A DNA stretch of 64,000 bases, taken from assembly GCA_021801795.1 (NCBI GenBank), contig JAJYXR010000026.1:5051-69050 (forward strand), in the 5' to 3' direction. Shown here one piece after another: positions 61,347 to 64,000 of the stretch. Numbering within the stretch: position 1 is the first letter of the stretch; every line of letters starts with the position of its first letter. This DNA is from Actinomycetes bacterium. GTDB taxonomy: Bacteria > Actinomycetota > Acidimicrobiia > Acidimicrobiales > JAJYXR01. The notes under the pieces are model-generated. The model made no database searches. It had not been told where the DNA came from and saw nothing but the letters and a program-made list of their open reading frames with translations. The translations under genes and the position numbers were made by a program.

Positions 61347-61362
61347 CTGACGTGTGTGTCAG
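61347..61362. promoter_or_regulatory. Island palindrome copy E: CTGACgtgtgtGTCAG
   Basis: Located in the 39-bp gap between the thiolase-fold gene stop (61365) and the ACAD start (61325). Confidence 0.5.
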
Positions 61363-61364
61363 GT

Positions 61365-62666
61365 TCAGTAAGGTTCGCTGGTAAGCAGCAGGCAGCCTGC
61401 GATTGGGCCGCCCCCGTTGGCCACTGCTGCCACCGCAGGAGGCCTGCCGCTCGGCCCCACCCGTACCTGCCTGGCGCCCCCCCCGCCTCTCAGCTGCAGG
61501 CATGCCTCGTGCAGCAGACCGAACCCGTGCAGCCTGCCGCCGGAGAGCTGGCCGCCACCGGTGTTCAGTGGGAGCGATCCATCCAGGGCGATGCGCGACC
61601 CGCCCTCTACGAAGGAGCCGCTCTCGCCGCGCCCCGCGAAGCCGAGGGCCTCCAGCCAGACCATGGTGAGGATGCTGAATCCGTCGTAGAGCTCGGCCAC
61701 CTCCACGTCCTCGGGACGCAGATCCGTGCGCTGCCAGAGGCTCGCGCCGGCGTCGCGTGCTGCCATGGTGGTCATGTCGTCGAACTGGTCCCAGCTGGGA
61801 CGGCCCCTGAGGGCAGTGCCAATCGCGTTCACGTGGGCTACTGGGTGGCGAGCGTCCTTGGCGTAGGCCGATGACGACACCACCAGGGCCGTGGAACCGT
61901 CGCAGGGCGCATCGCAGTCGTATAGGCACAGGGGGGTGGAGATCATCCGGGCAGCCATGTAGTCCTCCAGGGACATCGGCTCGCGGTAGACCGCTGCGGG
62001 GTTGGCGCCGGCATTTCGCCGGGCATTGATGGCTATCTGGGCAAGCTGCTCTCGGCTGAGCCCGAACTCGTGGAACCGCCGCTGGGCCACCAGCGCGATC
62101 CAGTTCACGGCCGACACGGCCCCGAACGGGAGGCTCCACTGGAGGAAGCCCGAGAACCGCGGCACCCCGCGTGATCCCCCGGCGCCCTCAGCCGAGCCTC
62201 CCCCGCCGCCCTCAGCCGAGCCTCCCCCGCCACCCTCAGCCGAGCCTCCCCCGCCGCCGATGCCCCGCCGCCCCCCGGCGCCCTGGGCCGTCGACTCGGT
62301 CACCGTCCTGTAGACCAGCACGTGCCTGGCAAGCCCCGCTGCGACGGCCAGGCAGGCAGCGAAGAAGGCCCTCACCTGGCCGGCGCCCTCGGAGCCGCCG
62401 TCGTGCCAGCTCAGCTGCAGGCGGAGGGCATCCTGGACCTCCGGGGTGCCTGGGCCGGCGAACCCCGGTGTACCGATCCCTGCCCCCGGGTAGGTCGAGA
62501 GGCCGTCGATGTCGTCGCGGCTGAGACCGGCATCGGCGATGGCCGCCAGGCAGGCTTCCACGGTGAGGTCGATGTCGCTGCGCCCGAGGTGCCTGCCGAT
62601 CTGCGACTGGCCCATGCCGCTCACCACGGCCCTCCGCTCGAGGATCTTCGCCTCCAGAGCGCTCAC
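61365..62666 (-). CDS. Thiolase-fold protein of the SCP-x/Ltp type that apparently lacks the nucleophilic Cys (possible aldolase-type)
   Basis: It aligns with 48887-50092 over its whole length. NACATG of the paralogue corresponds by hand alignment to SEGAG here. It contains a (GGGGSAEG)x3 insertion. The GTG start at 62666 lies in the 40-bp repeat. Confidence 0.8.
   Translation of the reverse strand: MSALEAKILERRAVVSGMGQSQIGRHLGRSDIDLTVEACLAAIADAGLSRDDIDGLSTYPGAGIGTPGFAGPGTPEVQDALRLQLSWHDGGSEGAGQVRAFFAACLAVAAGLARHVLVYRTVTESTAQGAGGRRGIGGGGGSAEGGGGGSAEGGGGGSAEGAGGSRGVPRFSGFLQWSLPFGAVSAVNWIALVAQRRFHEFGLSREQLAQIAINARRNAGANPAAVYREPMSLEDYMAARMISTPLCLYDCDAPCDGSTALVVSSSAYAKDARHPVAHVNAIGTALRGRPSWDQFDDMTTMAARDAGASLWQRTDLRPEDVEVAELYDGFSILTMVWLEALGFAGRGESGSFVEGGSRIALDGSLPLNTGGGQLSGGRLHGFGLLHEACLQLRGGGGARQVRVGPSGRPPAVAAVANGGGPIAGCLLLTSEPY
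62185..62256. repeat. 24-bp in-frame tandem repeat x3 inside the thiolase-fold gene
   Basis: Copies at 62185-62208, 62209-62232 and 62233-62256. It encodes GGGGSAEG three times. Confidence 0.9.
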
Positions 62667-62775
62667 CGGGCACCGCCTCCGCTGCGCGGGCTCTCGCGGG
62701 GGTCACCGGGCACCGCCTCCGCTGCGCGGGCTCTCGCGGGGGTCACCGGGCACCGCCTCCGCTGCGCGGGCTCCC
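62663..62775. repeat. 40-bp tandem repeat, about 2.8 copies, spanning the DUF35 stop and the thiolase-fold start
   Basis: Copies start at 62663, 62703 and 62743 (unit TCACCGGGCACCGCCTCCGCTGCGCGGGCTCTCGCGGGGG). The thiolase GTG (62664-62666) is in copy 1 and the DUF35 TGA (62743-62745) is at the same unit position in copy 3. Confidence 0.9.
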
Positions 62776-63213
62776 CAGAGGGGCCGGGGTGTCCTGGGGG
62801 GAGGTGGAGACCGGCCTGAAGAGCGGGAGCCACTCGTCCTCGACGTGCTCGAAGAGGACCTCCAGCTCCATGCCTATCCAGACGTCCGCGGGGTCGGTGC
62901 CGACGAGGTTCGTGGTGAGGCGGATGTCGGCCTGCTCAGCGATCTCCACCAGGGCGACTACGTAGGGCTCGGAGCCGGGTATCCACTGCTGGTGGTTCAC
63001 GGTGAAGCTGTGCAGGGTTCCCCTGCCGCTCACCACCTCGGGTGCCAGGCCGTCCGCGAGGCAGTAGGGGCATCGGGGCACCGGTGGATGCACGAAGCGC
63101 CGGCAGGACGGGCAGCGCAGGAAGCGGAGGCGCCCGTCGGCGCCTCCCTGCCAGAAGAAACGGTTCTCCGGGTCGAGGCGCGCGAGGAGTCTGATGGGAG
63201 GACCGTCGGCCAC
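62743..63213 (-). CDS. DUF35 OB-fold/zinc-ribbon protein (partner of the Cys-less thiolase-fold protein)
   Basis: FFWQGGADGRLRFLRCPSCRRFVHPPVPRCPYC zinc ribbon plus OB fold. The GTG at 63213 is my guess for the start. The track ORF up to 63501 is antisense to the SDR. Confidence 0.75.
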   Translation of the reverse strand: MADGPPIRLLARLDPENRFFWQGGADGRLRFLRCPSCRRFVHPPVPRCPYCLADGLAPEVVSGRGTLHSFTVNHQQWIPGSEPYVVALVEIAEQADIRLTTNLVGTDPADVWIGMELEVLFEHVEDEWLPLFRPVSTSPQDTPAPLGSPRSGGGAR

Positions 63214-63220
63214 GCGGGGG

Positions 63221-64000
63221 ATGCTAACCGAGGACGGTGTCGTCTGGCAGGCTGTGGAGGTGGCACCCGAGCGTGGTCCCCTCGACGGCAGGCGGATCGT
63301 GGTCGTGGGGGCCTCCTCGGGCATAGGGCGCGAGGTGGCGCTGGAGGCCTGTGGACGTGGAGCGCGGGCTGTGGTGGCCGGCCGCCGTGGGGAGGTGCTG
63401 GAGGAGCTGGTCCGTGAGATCCCGGAGCGCTCCCGGGCCATAGTGTGCGACGTGACCGAGGAGGGCGGTTGCGATGAGCTCCTGGCCAGGGCGGAGGCCA
63501 TCCTGGGGGGCGTCGACTCGGTGGTCTACGCAGCCGGGGCATCCCACCTGGTGAGGCTTGCCGACGCCCAGAGGTCGGACTGGCAGGGTGTGCTGGCGAC
63601 GAACCTGCTCGGCGCGGCGGCGCTCGTCCGGGCTTCCCTGGGCGCGCTCAGGGAGTCGGGCGACCCGAGCGCGGTGTTCCTCTCTTCGCATTCCGTCGGA
63701 GATCCCTGGCCCGGTCTCGTGCTCTACGCTGCCAGCAAGGCAGCGCTCGACGAGATGGTCCGGGGGCTTCGGGCGGAGGAGCCGTGGCTGAGGGCTCTCA
63801 GGATTGTCGTAGGTCCTACCCTGACGGGCTTCGTGGATGCCTGGGATCCTGCAGCAGCAGCCGCGGCCCTGGAGGAATGGGCGAGTGCCGGCTACCTGCG
63901 TCACGAGATCCAGGAAGCCTCCGACGTGGCGAGGGTGGTCTGCGACGTTCTGGCCGATCCTTCCCGGCGAGGAGATCTCCGGGTGATATCGGGGTCGGTG
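63221..64000 (+). CDS. Short-chain dehydrogenase/reductase (SDR), 3' end outside the window
   Basis: Not in the ORF track because there is no stop in the window. Hand translation gives MLTEDGVVWQ...RRIVVVGASSGIGREVA and ...YAASKAALDEM (YxxxK). The frame is open to position 64000. Confidence 0.8.
   Translation, partial: MLTEDGVVWQAVEVAPERGPLDGRRIVVVGASSGIGREVALEACGRGARAVVAGRRGEVLEELVREIPERSRAIVCDVTEEGGCDELLARAEAILGGVDSVVYAAGASHLVRLADAQRSDWQGVLATNLLGAAALVRASLGALRESGDPSAVFLSSHSVGDPWPGLVLYAASKAALDEMVRGLRAEEPWLRALRIVVGPTLTGFVDAWDPAAAAAALEEWASAGYLRHEIQEASDVARVVCDVLADPSRRGDLRVISGSV

Overview
High-GC actinobacterial chromosome segment centred on the replication origin. The core (about 2.4-29.5 kb) has the gene order known from Mycobacterium tuberculosis Rv3907c-Rv0007. 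On one side: DUF5318, ino1, padR, cca, DUF6049-like, murJ, degV, trxB, trxA, cwlM-like. On the minus strand: parB, parA, parS, rsmG, jag, yidC, yidD, rnpA, rpmH. Then dnaA, oriC, dnaN, recF, DUF721/DciA, gyrB, gyrA and tRNA-Ile. rpmH (44 aa) is missing from the ORF track and was found by hand.

The window opens with the 3' end of a group-4-hydrogenase-like cluster: a NuoB-like subunit that lacks Fe-S cysteines, plus a HyfB/NuoL-like antiporter subunit. A second, complete cluster lies on the minus strand at 29.9-37.3 kb (arsR, hyfB-like, hycD, hyfE-like, hyfF-like, hycE, hycG-like). Nearly every junction is translationally coupled. It resembles the M. tuberculosis Rv0081-Rv0087 locus.

From about 40 kb to the end is a dense CoA-dependent catabolic island. 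It holds a P450 with ferredoxin, two amidohydrolase-2 proteins, four acyl-CoA ligases or synthetases, an aldehyde dehydrogenase, a fused double family-III CoA-transferase, two thiolase-fold/DUF35 pairs, a crotonase, two ACADs and two SDRs. No regulator or transporter gene is visible in it.

The most interesting signals not explained by the genes:
- A 16-bp palindrome, CTGAC-N6-GTCA(G/T), recurs five times in the short promoter gaps of the island.
- Unrelated short tandem repeats (6-40 bp units) are unusually dense and sit on stop codons, start codons and gene junctions.
- The NuoB-like paralogue lacks Fe-S cysteines.
- One thiolase-fold protein appears to lack the nucleophilic cysteine.
- The first PG-binding domain of the cwlM-like gene lies upstream of any canonical start codon.
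- The yidC core is low-GC.

No CRISPR array, transposase, integrase or recognisable defence system was seen. Many long ORFs in the track are antisense or out-of-frame artefacts of the high GC content and were trimmed or rejected.
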